64,000 nucleotides of DNA, taken from an uncultured delta proteobacterium. GTDB lineage: Bacteria; Desulfobacterota; Binatia; UBA9968. The notes under the pieces were generated by a model. The model was given only the letters and a program-made list of their open reading frames with translations. It did no database searches and had not been told where the DNA came from. Both the position numbers and the translations under genes were made by a program. Below, in pieces: positions 8,466-17,510 of the stretch (the first letter of the stretch is position 1; the number at the start of each line of letters is the position of its first letter). The DNA lies in the NCBI GenBank assembly GCA_963755715.1, contig CAVWLW010000074.1:32001-96000 (forward strand), read 5' to 3'.

Positions 8466-11186
8466 TCAGAGGTAAAAAGGGAATGGCTTTTCGGGATCGA
8501 CACCGAGCTTCTTGATCGCTTCCTCGACGACGCTCGCGGGAAATGCTTCCTTTTGATGGAGCGCATAGAGGGTTGCGACGGCTGACAATTCTGCGTCGAC
8601 CTCAAAAAATCGCCTGAGATTGGACCGCGTGTCGCTCCGGCCGAAACCGTCGGTGCCGAGCGTCGTCAGCCCGCCGGGCACCCACGGCGCAATCTGATCG
8701 GGAACCATCTTCATATAATCGGACACCGCGACAAAAACTCCTTCCTCGTTTTGCAGGATTGATTCTAGATAGGATAATTTTGGCGGCGCCGTCGGATGCA
8801 GCATGTTCCAACGCTTGGTTCGCAACACGTCGCCGCGCAGCAGCTTGTAGCTCGTCGCGCTCCATACATCCGCCGCTACGTCGAATTGTTCCGCGAGAAT
8901 TTCTTGCGCGCGTAGTGCTTCTCGGAGCAGCGGGCCACTGCCGAATATATGCGCCTTGTATTTTTTACCCCTGGTCGCGGGCTTGAGCTTATATAAGCCT
9001 TTAAGTATTCCTTCTTCGGCGCCTTCCGGCATGGCCGGCATCGGATAGCTCTCATTGTAAAGCGTGAGATAGTAAAAATACTCTTCGCCTTCTGCATAGA
9101 GGCGGCGCAATCCGTCTTTCACTATCGCGGCGATCTCGTAAGCGAACGCGGCGTCGTAGGTCAACAAAGTCGGAATGGTGCTCGCCAGCAAGTGGCTGTG
9201 GCCGTCTTGATGCTGTAACCCTTCACCGTTGAGCGTCGTTCGTCCCGCTGTCGCTCCTAACAAAAAGCCTTTTGCCTTGCTGTCCGCCGCCGCCCAGATT
9301 AAATCGCCGATGCGCTGGAAACCGAACATGGAGTAGTAAAAGTAAAATGGGATCATGTTGACGCCGAGATGCACGTAAGACGTGCCCGCGGCGATGAACG
9401 ACGACATGGCGCCTGCCTCGGTAATGCCTTCTTCGAGAATCTGGCCGTCTTTGGCTTCGTTGTAATAGAGCAACGTCTCGCGATCGACGGGCTCGTAGAG
9501 CTGTCCCTTGGGAGAGTAAATACCGATCTGGCGGAATAACGAATCCATGCCAAAAGTCCTCGCTTCGTCGGGAATGATCGGGACGATGCGTTTGCCGATC
9601 TCCTCGTGACGCAAAAGCTTAGTCAGGATTCGCACGGTCGCCATGGTGGTCGACATAGAATGGTCGCCCGAACCTTTGAGGAATTCCTCATAATCGACAG
9701 CTTCAGGAACTCTTAAGGGCTTCGCCCTAACTTTCCGTTGCGGTACGAAGCCGCGCAGTTGTTTGCGCCTTTCGAGCAAGTATTGGGTTTCCGGGCTGTC
9801 GAGCGGCGGGCGGTAAAAGGGCGTCTCGACGACTTCTTCATCGGGCAATGGTATGTCGAAGCGGCTGCGAAACTCTCGCAACTCGCGTTCGTTGAGCTTT
9901 TTCTGCTGATGGGTGATATTCCGACCTTCGCCGGCTTCGCCCATGCCGTAACCCTTCACCGTCTTCGCGAGAATCACCGTCGGCGTGCCTTTGTGTTCGA
10001 CCGCCGCTTTGTAGGCGGCGTACACTTTCATGGGATCGTGACCGCCACGCAGCAGCTTGCGAATCTGGTCATCGGTCATAGGATTGACCATCTCAAGCAG
10101 TTCAGGGTACTTGCCAAAAAAATGCTTTCTGGTGTAACTCCCCGGCTCCACCGAGTATTTCTGATAATCGCCGTCAACCGCTTCTTCCATTCGTTTGAGT
10201 AACAATCCTTTATTGTCCTTCGCCAATAACGGATCCCAATCGGAGCCCCAGATGACTTTGATGACATTCCATCCCGCGCCACGGAAGAGCGCCTCGAGCT
10301 CCTGAATAATTTTGCCGTTACCGCGAACGGGGCCATCGAGACGCTGGAGATTGCAGTTTACGACCCAGATGAGATTGTCGAGATTTTCCCGCGACGCTAG
10401 CGTCAGCGCGCCTGAAGATTCCGGTTCATCCATTTCGCCGTCGCCGGCAAAACAGAAAATGCGCGGCTCTTCACCGCCAAGCAGCCCACGGCTTTTGAGA
10501 TAGCGCACGAACCGCGCCTGATAGATCGACATAATCGGCGCTAGTCCCATGGAGACCGTGGGAAACTGCCAGAAGTCGGGCATCAGGTACGGATGCGGAT
10601 AAGATGACACGCCGCCGACGCTGGAAAGTTCCTGGCGGAAATGATGCAGCTTGGGCGCGTTGATGCGCCATTCTACGTAGGCACGCGAATACGCGCCGGG
10701 CGACGCATGGCCTTGAAAGTAGACCATGTCAGGATGGTCATCACCGTCGCCGCCGCGGAAGAAATGATTCTGAGCGACTTCGTAAAGTGTCGCGGACGAC
10801 GCATAGGTCGAGATATGTCCGCCGATATCGGGATGGATGCGATTGGCTTTGACCACCATCGCCATCGCGTTCCAACGGATATAACTTTTTATGCGCCGTT
10901 CGATCTCGCGATTGCCCGGATAGGGCGGCTCTTTTTCCGGCGGGATCGTGTTGATGTACGGCGTGCTCACCATGTGCGGCAGGTTGATACCTGATTGACG
11001 CAACCGTTCGATGAGCTCTTCGAGAACCAACGAAGCGTTTTCGGGTTGCTCGTTCTTTAGAATATATTCGAGAATAGATTCCAGTGAGGCGACCCATTTG
11101 TGCCGATCGTTTTTGTTTGCGCGGCCGTTAGGACGCTCGCTTTCGACCGTGGTAACGGTGGGAATATCTTTGTTTTCAGGTTCCAT
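8466..11186 (-). CDS. aceE: Pyruvate dehydrogenase E1, homodimeric type
   Basis: GGHISTYAS, SYPHP, FPTVSMGL, TPP motif GDGEMDE...NCN, GEGLQHQDG, LGTDGFGRSD. Confidence 0.97.
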   Translation of the reverse strand: MEPENKDIPTVTTVESERPNGRANKNDRHKWVASLESILEYILKNEQPENASLVLEELIERLRQSGINLPHMVSTPYINTIPPEKEPPYPGNREIERRIKSYIRWNAMAMVVKANRIHPDIGGHISTYASSATLYEVAQNHFFRGGDGDDHPDMVYFQGHASPGAYSRAYVEWRINAPKLHHFRQELSSVGGVSSYPHPYLMPDFWQFPTVSMGLAPIMSIYQARFVRYLKSRGLLGGEEPRIFCFAGDGEMDEPESSGALTLASRENLDNLIWVVNCNLQRLDGPVRGNGKIIQELEALFRGAGWNVIKVIWGSDWDPLLAKDNKGLLLKRMEEAVDGDYQKYSVEPGSYTRKHFFGKYPELLEMVNPMTDDQIRKLLRGGHDPMKVYAAYKAAVEHKGTPTVILAKTVKGYGMGEAGEGRNITHQQKKLNERELREFRSRFDIPLPDEEVVETPFYRPPLDSPETQYLLERRKQLRGFVPQRKVRAKPLRVPEAVDYEEFLKGSGDHSMSTTMATVRILTKLLRHEEIGKRIVPIIPDEARTFGMDSLFRQIGIYSPKGQLYEPVDRETLLYYNEAKDGQILEEGITEAGAMSSFIAAGTSYVHLGVNMIPFYFYYSMFGFQRIGDLIWAAADSKAKGFLLGATAGRTTLNGEGLQHQDGHSHLLASTIPTLLTYDAAFAYEIAAIVKDGLRRLYAEGEEYFYYLTLYNESYPMPAMPEGAEEGILKGLYKLKPATRGKKYKAHIFGSGPLLREALRAQEILAEQFDVAADVWSATSYKLLRGDVLRTKRWNMLHPTAPPKLSYLESILQNEEGVFVAVSDYMKMVPDQIAPWVPGGLTTLGTDGFGRSDTRSNLRRFFEVDAELSAVATLYALHQKEAFPASVVEEAIKKLGVDPEKPFPFYL

Positions 11187-11245
11187 TTGCGCTTGCTGCT
11201 AGTATTTTAGCAGACAACAAAATAAGTACAAAATCAACTGAACTC

Positions 11246-11965
11246 ATGGAATATCTCGATCTCACGTTTGCCGACCCGGCCAGCAATCTCGCCTGCGACG
11301 AGGCGTTGCTCGACTGGTTTGAGAGCTCACCATTCGACGGTGCGCTCCTGCGCCTTTGGGAGCCGCAAAATTACTTCATTGTGCTCGGGCACTCCAATCG
11401 AGTGAGCGATGAAGTCAACCTTTCAGCCTGCGACAACCGCGCGCTACCGGTTCTCCGACGCATGAGCGGCGGGGGCGCAGTCGTGCAAGGTCCGGGCTGT
11501 CTTAACTACTCGCTGATTTTGCCCAGCGCCTCCTATCGGCTGAAAAGCATCGGCGCTGCCTTTCGTTACGTTTTAGAACGCCATCAGCGCTTTCTTGACG
11601 ATCTGGCCGGCGTGAAAGCTCGCATCGAAGGTGTCAGTGATTTGACGGTTTCGGGGCGCAAATTTTCCGGCAATGCCCAGTACCGAAAATCGCGCTTCGT
11701 GCTTGTCCACGGGACGTTTCTCTTGAACTTTGACCTGCCGCTTATTGAAACCTGCCTGCGGCTGCCACCAAAACAGCCGGCCTATCGTGCGGCTCGGTCC
11801 CACTTGGAGTTCGTCGCCAATCTCAATCTTGTTTCGCGAGAGGTGCGCGACAGTTTGAGAAAGGGTTGGGAGGCGAATGAGCAATTAATACAGGTGCCAT
11901 TGGCTCGGATCGAGACACTCGTAGAAGAACGTTACGGACGAGAGGAATGGTCGAAAAAATTTTGA
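11246..11965 (+). CDS. Lipoate-protein ligase A family protein (catalytic domain only)
   Basis: NLACDEALL, RRMSGGGAV, GRKFSGNAQ, HGTFL; divergent from the PDH operon. Confidence 0.88.
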   Translation: MEYLDLTFADPASNLACDEALLDWFESSPFDGALLRLWEPQNYFIVLGHSNRVSDEVNLSACDNRALPVLRRMSGGGAVVQGPGCLNYSLILPSASYRLKSIGAAFRYVLERHQRFLDDLAGVKARIEGVSDLTVSGRKFSGNAQYRKSRFVLVHGTFLLNFDLPLIETCLRLPPKQPAYRAARSHLEFVANLNLVSREVRDSLRKGWEANEQLIQVPLARIETLVEERYGREEWSKKF

Positions 11966-12020
11966 GGCGTGTACAGGGTCCGTCGCTTGAATGCGTAGCG
12001 ATGCTTATGTGAAAAAAAAT

Positions 12021-12070
12021 TGGTGGTGGTGGTAGGAGTCGAACCTACGACACCGCGGATATGAGCCGCG
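12021..12070 (-). repeat. Duplicated 3' part of tRNA-Met (att-like direct repeat)
   Basis: 48/50 identical to 16147-16196; covers anticodon arm, T arm and CCA but lacks the D arm and 5' end. Confidence 0.92.
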
Positions 12071-12086
12071 CTGAAATAATTAATCA

Positions 12087-12520
12087 CGGGTTGACCCGCG
12101 ACCCCGGAACATTTTTCTCGAACGGGTCCTGGACCTTTTCCGGAGGAATCTCCACGTCGCGCGTCGATCTCATCGCCATAGTAAAGCGTCGGCGTGCCGC
12201 GCAGGGTGAGCAGCAGCATCGCCGCCAAACGCGCCTGCGCCGGACCGACCCGGGATGCGATGCGCGGCCGGTCGTGGTTTCCGAGAACCCAGTTTGGCCA
12301 TCCACGCTCCGGCAGTGCCGCTTCGTATTCCCCGATGATTCAAGCGATATCACGCGCCTGCCAATTCGCGAGGAGAAGCTGAAAGTTGAAAGGGACATCG
12401 ACGCCGCCAAGATCGACGCCATAGTATTGTACGAGCCGCTCGATGGGCAGATAGATTTCACCGATCAGCACCCGATCTTTGTACTGATCGACTAGGCGCC
12501 GGACCGCAACCAGCGACACA
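12087..12520 (-). pseudogene. GH13 alpha-glucosidase/alpha-amylase internal fragment
   Basis: Translates as DRVLIGEIYLP...PFNFQLL...DIA*IIGEYEAALP..GWPNWVLGNHDRPRIASR...LLLTLRGTPTLYYGDEI, then a frameshift to DVEIPPEKVQDPFEKNVPG. In-frame stop; both ends missing. Confidence 0.85.
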
Positions 12521-12720
12521 ATATGCTTTCTTTCACTCGTTCGCTATCCTCGTCCAGTCCTTCTCTTTTCACCAGCAAGAAAACGGCAGCGAGACTCCTT
12601 GCAACGAAGAAAACCTTGCTTCGCTTGTAGCTTCCCTTCGTCGATCAGCGCGCGAAAAAACCTTTACCGCGAAAGAGATATTGATCAATGCGCCATTCTG
12701 AAAAGCGATCTTTGCCGGTA

Positions 12721-12857
12721 GGCGCTAATTTTGCACTAAATCATTGACCATCCTGCCGCGTCGCGAACGTGTTGATGGAAATGGCGTATCTCATTGGGCC
12801 GTGTACGTCATTTCCGACATTAACCAGTCTGGGTGAAAAAATTCGACTGGATTATCA
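12721..12857 (+). promoter_or_regulatory. Repeated non-coding element, copy 1: sigma54-type -24/-12 motif plus conserved hairpin-forming sequence
   Basis: GGCGCTAATTTTGCA (GG-N10-GC). Shares the identical 23-mer ATTGGGCCGTGTACGTCATTTCC and TCGACTGGATTATCA with 14920-15057. Confidence 0.6.
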
Positions 12858-12968
12858 TACGTATTGATCGCGATGATCACGCTAAATCGTTAGGGGTGAT
12901 CCGGCAGTTTTATTGATGTGCAGCGAATGCCTACGATAGCAATTGAAGCTGTCGAGAAAGTCCATTGA

Positions 12969-13850
12969 ATGATTGTCTTACATAATTTAACAACGAAAAA
13001 GCGGGCGCAGACTACTCACTCGAAGAGAGCCGTAACTCACTATGCCCCAGGGTGTCTTCGCAGGTTGATCCGCCGGCTGATAAATTGCCATCTACGAGCT
13101 TTAGCGCTTTTCTATAAAAAACGACCTGTTCCTCTGAGCTACTGGTTGTCTTTTCACTCGGCCGTCGCAGCTCTGTCTCATTCTTCTGATCCTCTGTTGC
13201 CTAGTCAAAATTGCCTTCAGAGTAGTGGCGCATCTTTGCCAATACGAGAGTTAAAAGAAGTGTTGCGTCACGATTTATTAGGAATGTGGGCTCTGGATGC
13301 CGATACTATCACTTTATTGTGGAAACGAATTCGGCAGGATCGACCGAAGGTCATTATCGAATGTGGGGCCGGAGTGAGTACTCTAGCTTTAGCAAAAAGT
13401 ATAGCGGACTATGAATCGGGATCAGAGACTTTTGCGTCGTTGCTTTCATTCGAACAGGATCTTTGGGTGAAGGAAGGGGTTGAGAAAAGACTTGAGATAT
13501 GTGGGCTGAAATCCGTGACGATATTGCATGCGCCTATTTCGAAAGAAGGAGAGTACCAGTTCGATGAGAATCAGTTGAGAGAACATCTAGGGTCCGAAAA
13601 AGTTGATTGGGTAATCGTTGATGGACCGGCCGGTCCGGAGGGCTGCCGCGTATCAACGCTCCCTTTTCTGGCGCGTTTTTGCCGTCCAGGAGCACGCTGG
13701 TTTTTAGACGATTCCTTTCGCGATGGGGAACTAAGGGTGTTGAATCAGTGGAACCGTATGCACGGAATTGTGGTTGAAGGGATCTATCCTATTGGCAAAG
13801 GATTAGGTGTCGGAATCGTGGCGGATCCGCAGCAGGTTGCTCGGTCATGA
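12969..13850 (+). CDS. Class I SAM-dependent methyltransferase (island cargo)
   Basis: WALDADT, IIECGAGVST (motif I), LSFEQD, VIVDGPAG, FLDD. AT-rich; true start uncertain. Confidence 0.75.
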   Translation: MIVLHNLTTKKRAQTTHSKRAVTHYAPGCLRRLIRRLINCHLRALALFYKKRPVPLSYWLSFHSAVAALSHSSDPLLPSQNCLQSSGASLPIRELKEVLRHDLLGMWALDADTITLLWKRIRQDRPKVIIECGAGVSTLALAKSIADYESGSETFASLLSFEQDLWVKEGVEKRLEICGLKSVTILHAPISKEGEYQFDENQLREHLGSEKVDWVIVDGPAGPEGCRVSTLPFLARFCRPGARWFLDDSFRDGELRVLNQWNRMHGIVVEGIYPIGKGLGVGIVADPQQVARS

Positions 13851-13929
13851 AAGTCCCTATTCTCAACCCAAGCGCGTACGCCAAATTTTGGCTCAGACCT
13901 GCTGCAACTGTACCGAGACCGAATATCTG

Positions 13930-14143
13930 CAACGTGAGCGGTTGATCTTATATTTGAGCCAAGCCCTCGCTCCGCCGGCCGAACTCGTAGTAGAGGATCC
14001 TTTGCGTTGGCGATAATGCCCTCAAACTCCAGCGTCTTGGCTACGCGGATCAACTCCGCTGGCTTGGCCTCGAACGCCACGGATGGAAGCACTGGGTAAT
14101 GGAACTTGGCCAGCGGCTTTTCGAGCAGTTCGCACCGCTCCCT
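13930..14143 (-). pseudogene. ATP-dependent DNA ligase (LigD/LigC-type) fragment
   Basis: ERCELLEK...EFEGIIA(K) (motif IV) and, after frameshifts, WLKYKINRS (motif V). Confidence 0.7.
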
Positions 14144-14147
14144 CTAG

Positions 14148-14633
14148 ATCCGACGCGGCTTGATCGCTCGGTGCTTAACCAAATGACCGACCAACTGCTT
14201 GTTCAGATCCGCAACCCGCTTTTCGCCAAATCTCTGGTTGAACTTGATCAACGTGGTGGCATCGGGAACCGTATCCATCAACGACAGACGGCAGAAATAT
14301 CTCCATGGCAGTCTTCCCGAACTTCCGTCTCAACTTCTTCGTAGCTCAGTCCCAGCGAAACTTCAGATACATCATGCGCAGATAGATCCCTACGGCTGTG
14401 CCGGGTCGGCCCATGCTCTTATCGAAAACTTCTTCGAAGGGTTTGACCAGTGCGGGGCTCGACAGAAGCTCGTCGACTTTCTTGAGCTCGTTGTCCGACT
14501 CGTACAACGACCGATCGATGAAGCCATCGCCAAAACTCATCTGCTGAGATATTGCTCTGCGCATAATTTCTTTTTCTACATCAAAACTACAATGACACAA
14601 GAAAATTCTGACTTTTTCAGTGAGAACTAACTA
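14148..14633 (-). mobile_element. Truncated IS (IS5/ISNCY-like transposase N-terminus, frameshifted) with one putative end
   Basis: From ATG 14564: QQMSFGD...MGRPGT...LRMMYLKFRW / LSYEEVETEV / WRYFCRLSLMDTVPDATTLIKFNQRFG. Ends before the DDE domain; candidate end TAGTTAGTTCTCACTGAAAAAGTC. Confidence 0.75.
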
Positions 14634-14919
14634 ACACCGAAACCTCGACTAAAAGACCCTCGAAGGGTCGAGCATCTCTCGCCGATTGGTATTTATTGCA
14701 ACCGACGGTCGGAGAGAGCGCCGGATCTCGGCGCGGTGAGAGAAGGTGAAAACAATTTAGTCACTATTGAGGAGTTCGGCACAGCGCGATATCTGCCACC
14801 ATCCTATGGTGTCACGCGTGTTGTCGATGCGTTTTGACCGTCGCATCAGAAGCCGCCGAAAAGCGAATCTCGCAAATAATCGGAATCGTAGCGGCGGTAC
14901 GCGGCAATTCATGCCACTC

Positions 14920-15057
14920 GGCGCTAATTTTGCACACAATTAATCGGTAATCGTCCTGCCTCGTGGAAAGTGATGGGGAAAACGCGGGTCTAATTGGGCC
15001 GTGTACGTCATTTCCAACATTGACCGATCTGGGTGGAAAAAATCGACTGGATTATCA
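14920..15057 (+). promoter_or_regulatory. Repeated non-coding element, copy 2: sigma54-type -24/-12 motif plus conserved hairpin-forming sequence
   Basis: Identical GGCGCTAATTTTGCAC start; same conserved blocks in the same order and near-identical total length as copy 1. Confidence 0.6.
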
Positions 15058-15211
15058 CGTGGCACACATAGCTACAGAGTGCGAAGCGGAAGCAAAACAA
15101 TGATAATCGTGCGAACCGCACAGTTGATTGAGGGACTGAGCGCCAAGCTTCGACTGCGCGGGTCGCGGTAAAAGATCGCCAGCGATTGCCTTGCGCAGGA
15201 GAGGTGATGAA

Positions 15212-15463
15212 ATGTCAATAAAAACGACTCTCACTAACCTTCCTACGATTGCACTTCAAATCATCGGCGGAATCTTGATTCTCACATCGATGGTGGGCTT
15301 CAGAAGTGGTGGCATGCTTTGGCCGATGCTCGGCTCCGGGACTGGAACAGGGTTGCTTATCTTAGGGTGGGAACGGACGAAAGAAAAGCACGCGGCGCTA
15401 CAAGATGATCAGGAAAAACCCGAAGCAGTGCCAACCACACGACCTGTCCGTGCGGCGAGGTGA
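15212..15463 (+). CDS. Small hypothetical membrane protein (2 TM segments)
   Basis: GAGGTG RBS before ATG 15212; two hydrophobic stretches and a charged tail. Confidence 0.55.
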   Translation: MSIKTTLTNLPTIALQIIGGILILTSMVGFRSGGMLWPMLGSGTGTGLLILGWERTKEKHAALQDDQEKPEAVPTTRPVRAAR

Positions 15464-15938
15464 TCGCCCTGGGCGAATCCTGACCTGCCTGTGGCTCGGT
15501 CACGACACATATATGCCTCAAGTGTGGCGCGGAAGTGCGGCTGGATCGGTTCTTGAAAGACTTCACTTCCGGCCAGAATTGAGCTAGGCAGGCATTCGCA
15601 TCGTCTTTCTCATCATGTATTCTTCGACAGGTGTGACCCTTTAGCATATTTTCTTTTCAAGGTCCTTTTTTGTATCCCGACAAATTGAGGCATTGGAATT
15701 GTGCGCCTTTGGCCTAACCGTTGCTCGCCAATAGTTTCGCCAGCCAGTTAGTTCTTCTTGAACCCACATCGAGCATTGTCTAACAAATGACAGTACGAGG
15801 GCAACGCACCGGCAGCAGGTATTATGCTTGTCTTGAAAATGGTGAACAGACATTTGGCCAAGTTGACGCGGGAATATACCGCAACACAAAAGGGTGATCT
15901 CCGTGCGCTGGCAATCGCAGAGGAACTTTCACAGGTAG

Positions 15939-16044
15939 GTGATGAGACACACGAGCTTGCAACCACGACGAAGTACATGCGGACTGTTGAAGAGCGGATA
16001 AGGCACGCTGTTGAAAATCTTGGGGGCGATTCTGGGGGCGATTC
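15939..16044 (+). pseudogene. Tyrosine integrase C-terminal remnant
   Basis: VMRHTSL and ATTTKYMRTVEERIRHAVENL join across a 1-nt frameshift to give the H-x8-Y catalytic box; it points toward the tRNA 3' end. Confidence 0.6.
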
Positions 16045-16146
16045 AATGGCCGCAAATGGCCGCGAAACGTCGGATTTGGCCAACTTGCAAAATTTGAATG
16101 CGTTGGCGAAAGCACTGACAAACCACGGTTATTTCAAAGGGAATGT

Positions 16147-16223
16147 TGGTGGCGGTGGTAGGAGTCGAACCTACGACGCCGCGGATATGAGCCGCGTGCT
16201 CTGACCAACTGAGCTACACCGCC
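16147..16223 (-). tRNA. tRNA-Met (CAT), elongator-like
   Basis: GGCGGTGTAGCTCAGTTGGTCAGAGCACGCGGCTCATATCCGCGGCGTCGTAGGTTCGACTCCTACCACCGCCACCA; 77 nt, G1-C72 paired, CCA encoded. tRNA-Ile2 is not fully excluded. Confidence 0.93.
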
Positions 16224-16271
16224 GGGGCAAGTTAAACTTATTTATGATGACGTGAGTAAAAGATCAATCTC

Positions 16272-16997
16272 TCAAGAAAAGACCGAAGGTAAATTCCACT
16301 TGCGCTGAACCGAAGTCCGATTGATGCTCTTTTTTCCTCGGTGAATCTGGTAAAGAACTTTCTCATCTACATCGAGGCATGTCAACATGTTGCCATAGAC
16401 GAGGCCGGTATCTAAGCCGACCTTATAAGGAAGATCGTACAAGACGGTGGACTGGGGCGTATGGCCGAAGAGCACGGTGTAGGGAAGACCGTGTGAGCTG
16501 TAAATAAACGCGTTGCGGATCCAGAAAAACTCTTCGTCGGTTTGTTCCGTCAAGGGCTTTTGTGGGTGGATTCCGGCATGCACGCACAAAAACGAATCCA
16601 TCTGATGATATTTCTCAAGTGTTTTATAAAAGCGCACATGAGCGACTGGGATCGCCTCAAAAGCTTGCGCCGGGAGGAACTGATCCGGTGCCACTCCATA
16701 GCTCGCCAAAGTGGCCTTGCCACCGTTGATCAGGAACATGTCGCCGTGTTGACCGTCCAGACCGAGATAGGACAAAAACATGTCCTCGTGATTGCCTTTC
16801 AAAAACACCCATTCGATCCCGTCTAATTGTTGTCGTAAGGATATTAAATAGGCAACGACAGCCGCGGAGTCAGGCCCGCGGTCGATGTAGTCCCCGAGGA
16901 ATACCACGGAGTCGCCGCCGCGAAGCGGCAGGGCGTCGATCAAGCGACGCAGCTCCTCAGCACAACCATGAATATCGCCGATAACGTAACGGCTCAT
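16272..16997 (-). CDS. Metallophosphoesterase, Ser/Thr protein phosphatase family
   Basis: GDIHG, GDYIDRG, GNHE, VHAG, GHTP, DTG. Confidence 0.92.
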   Translation of the reverse strand: MSRYVIGDIHGCAEELRRLIDALPLRGGDSVVFLGDYIDRGPDSAAVVAYLISLRQQLDGIEWVFLKGNHEDMFLSYLGLDGQHGDMFLINGGKATLASYGVAPDQFLPAQAFEAIPVAHVRFYKTLEKYHQMDSFLCVHAGIHPQKPLTEQTDEEFFWIRNAFIYSSHGLPYTVLFGHTPQSTVLYDLPYKVGLDTGLVYGNMLTCLDVDEKVLYQIHRGKKSINRTSVQRKWNLPSVFS

Positions 16998-17032
16998 GAA
17001 CGGAATCCTAAGCTACTCGTTAGTGCCGCGCA

Positions 17033-17494
17033 ATGCCAACAGCGCCGGCTGGAAAAACAACTGCGAGCCGGGTATCGTCTTCAGTAAGGTTATTCATCGT
17101 GAAGGTCCGGGAAGTCTATTCCAATTATCTCATGGTTACAGGAGTGATTTGCCTGGTCATGGGAATCGGCAACTGGACGGTGGGGGTCATCGAATCGTCC
17201 AAGTATCAGGCCCTCTTATACAAGACGGCGCGTACTGGCTTGGAAGAAAGCTACCGAAATTTTCAACAGTTGGATCACCAGAAAAACGAAGAAGTGCTCC
17301 GGCGCATTAACGAAGACCGGGAAAAGTATAATGGCGCCAGAGTCAAACTCAATTTTTTTTATATAGTCTTAATTGGCGGGCGAGTGCTGTTTATCATCGG
17401 GGCAGGTTTAACTTTGGCGGCGATGGTGTACCTGATCCGGCGCGACAGTCAAACTAAAGTCAAACGCCTGCTTGAAGTCCCCGGAGAAAACTAG
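17033..17494 (+). CDS. Hypothetical membrane protein (2 TM segments flanking a helical loop)
   Basis: 153 aa ORF with two hydrophobic segments; fills the gap between neighbouring genes. Confidence 0.65.
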   Translation: MPTAPAGKTTASRVSSSVRLFIVKVREVYSNYLMVTGVICLVMGIGNWTVGVIESSKYQALLYKTARTGLEESYRNFQQLDHQKNEEVLRRINEDREKYNGARVKLNFFYIVLIGGRVLFIIGAGLTLAAMVYLIRRDSQTKVKRLLEVPGEN

Positions 17495-17510
17495 TCGAAT
17501 TCGTTTTTAT

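Larger units (their letters stand above)
12021..16196. mobile_element. Decayed genomic island integrated at the 3' end of tRNA-Met
   Basis: Flanking 50-bp direct repeat, visibly more AT-rich interior, integrase C-terminal remnant next to the tRNA, IS and gene relics. Confidence 0.85.

Noticed and set aside
12021-12070. Second functional tRNA-Met
   Set aside because: The 5' acceptor strand and D arm are missing; it is an att-type repeat.
12721-12857. Known riboswitch or ribozyme (c-di-GMP-I/II, hammerhead) as the repeated element
   Set aside because: Only a short AUUGGGC resemblance to c-di-GMP-II; the other core motifs are not visible. An Rfam scan is still needed.
15824-16204. 126-aa ORF as an intact protein
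   Set aside because: Its tail is the antisense of tRNA-Met and only the middle resembles an integrase end.
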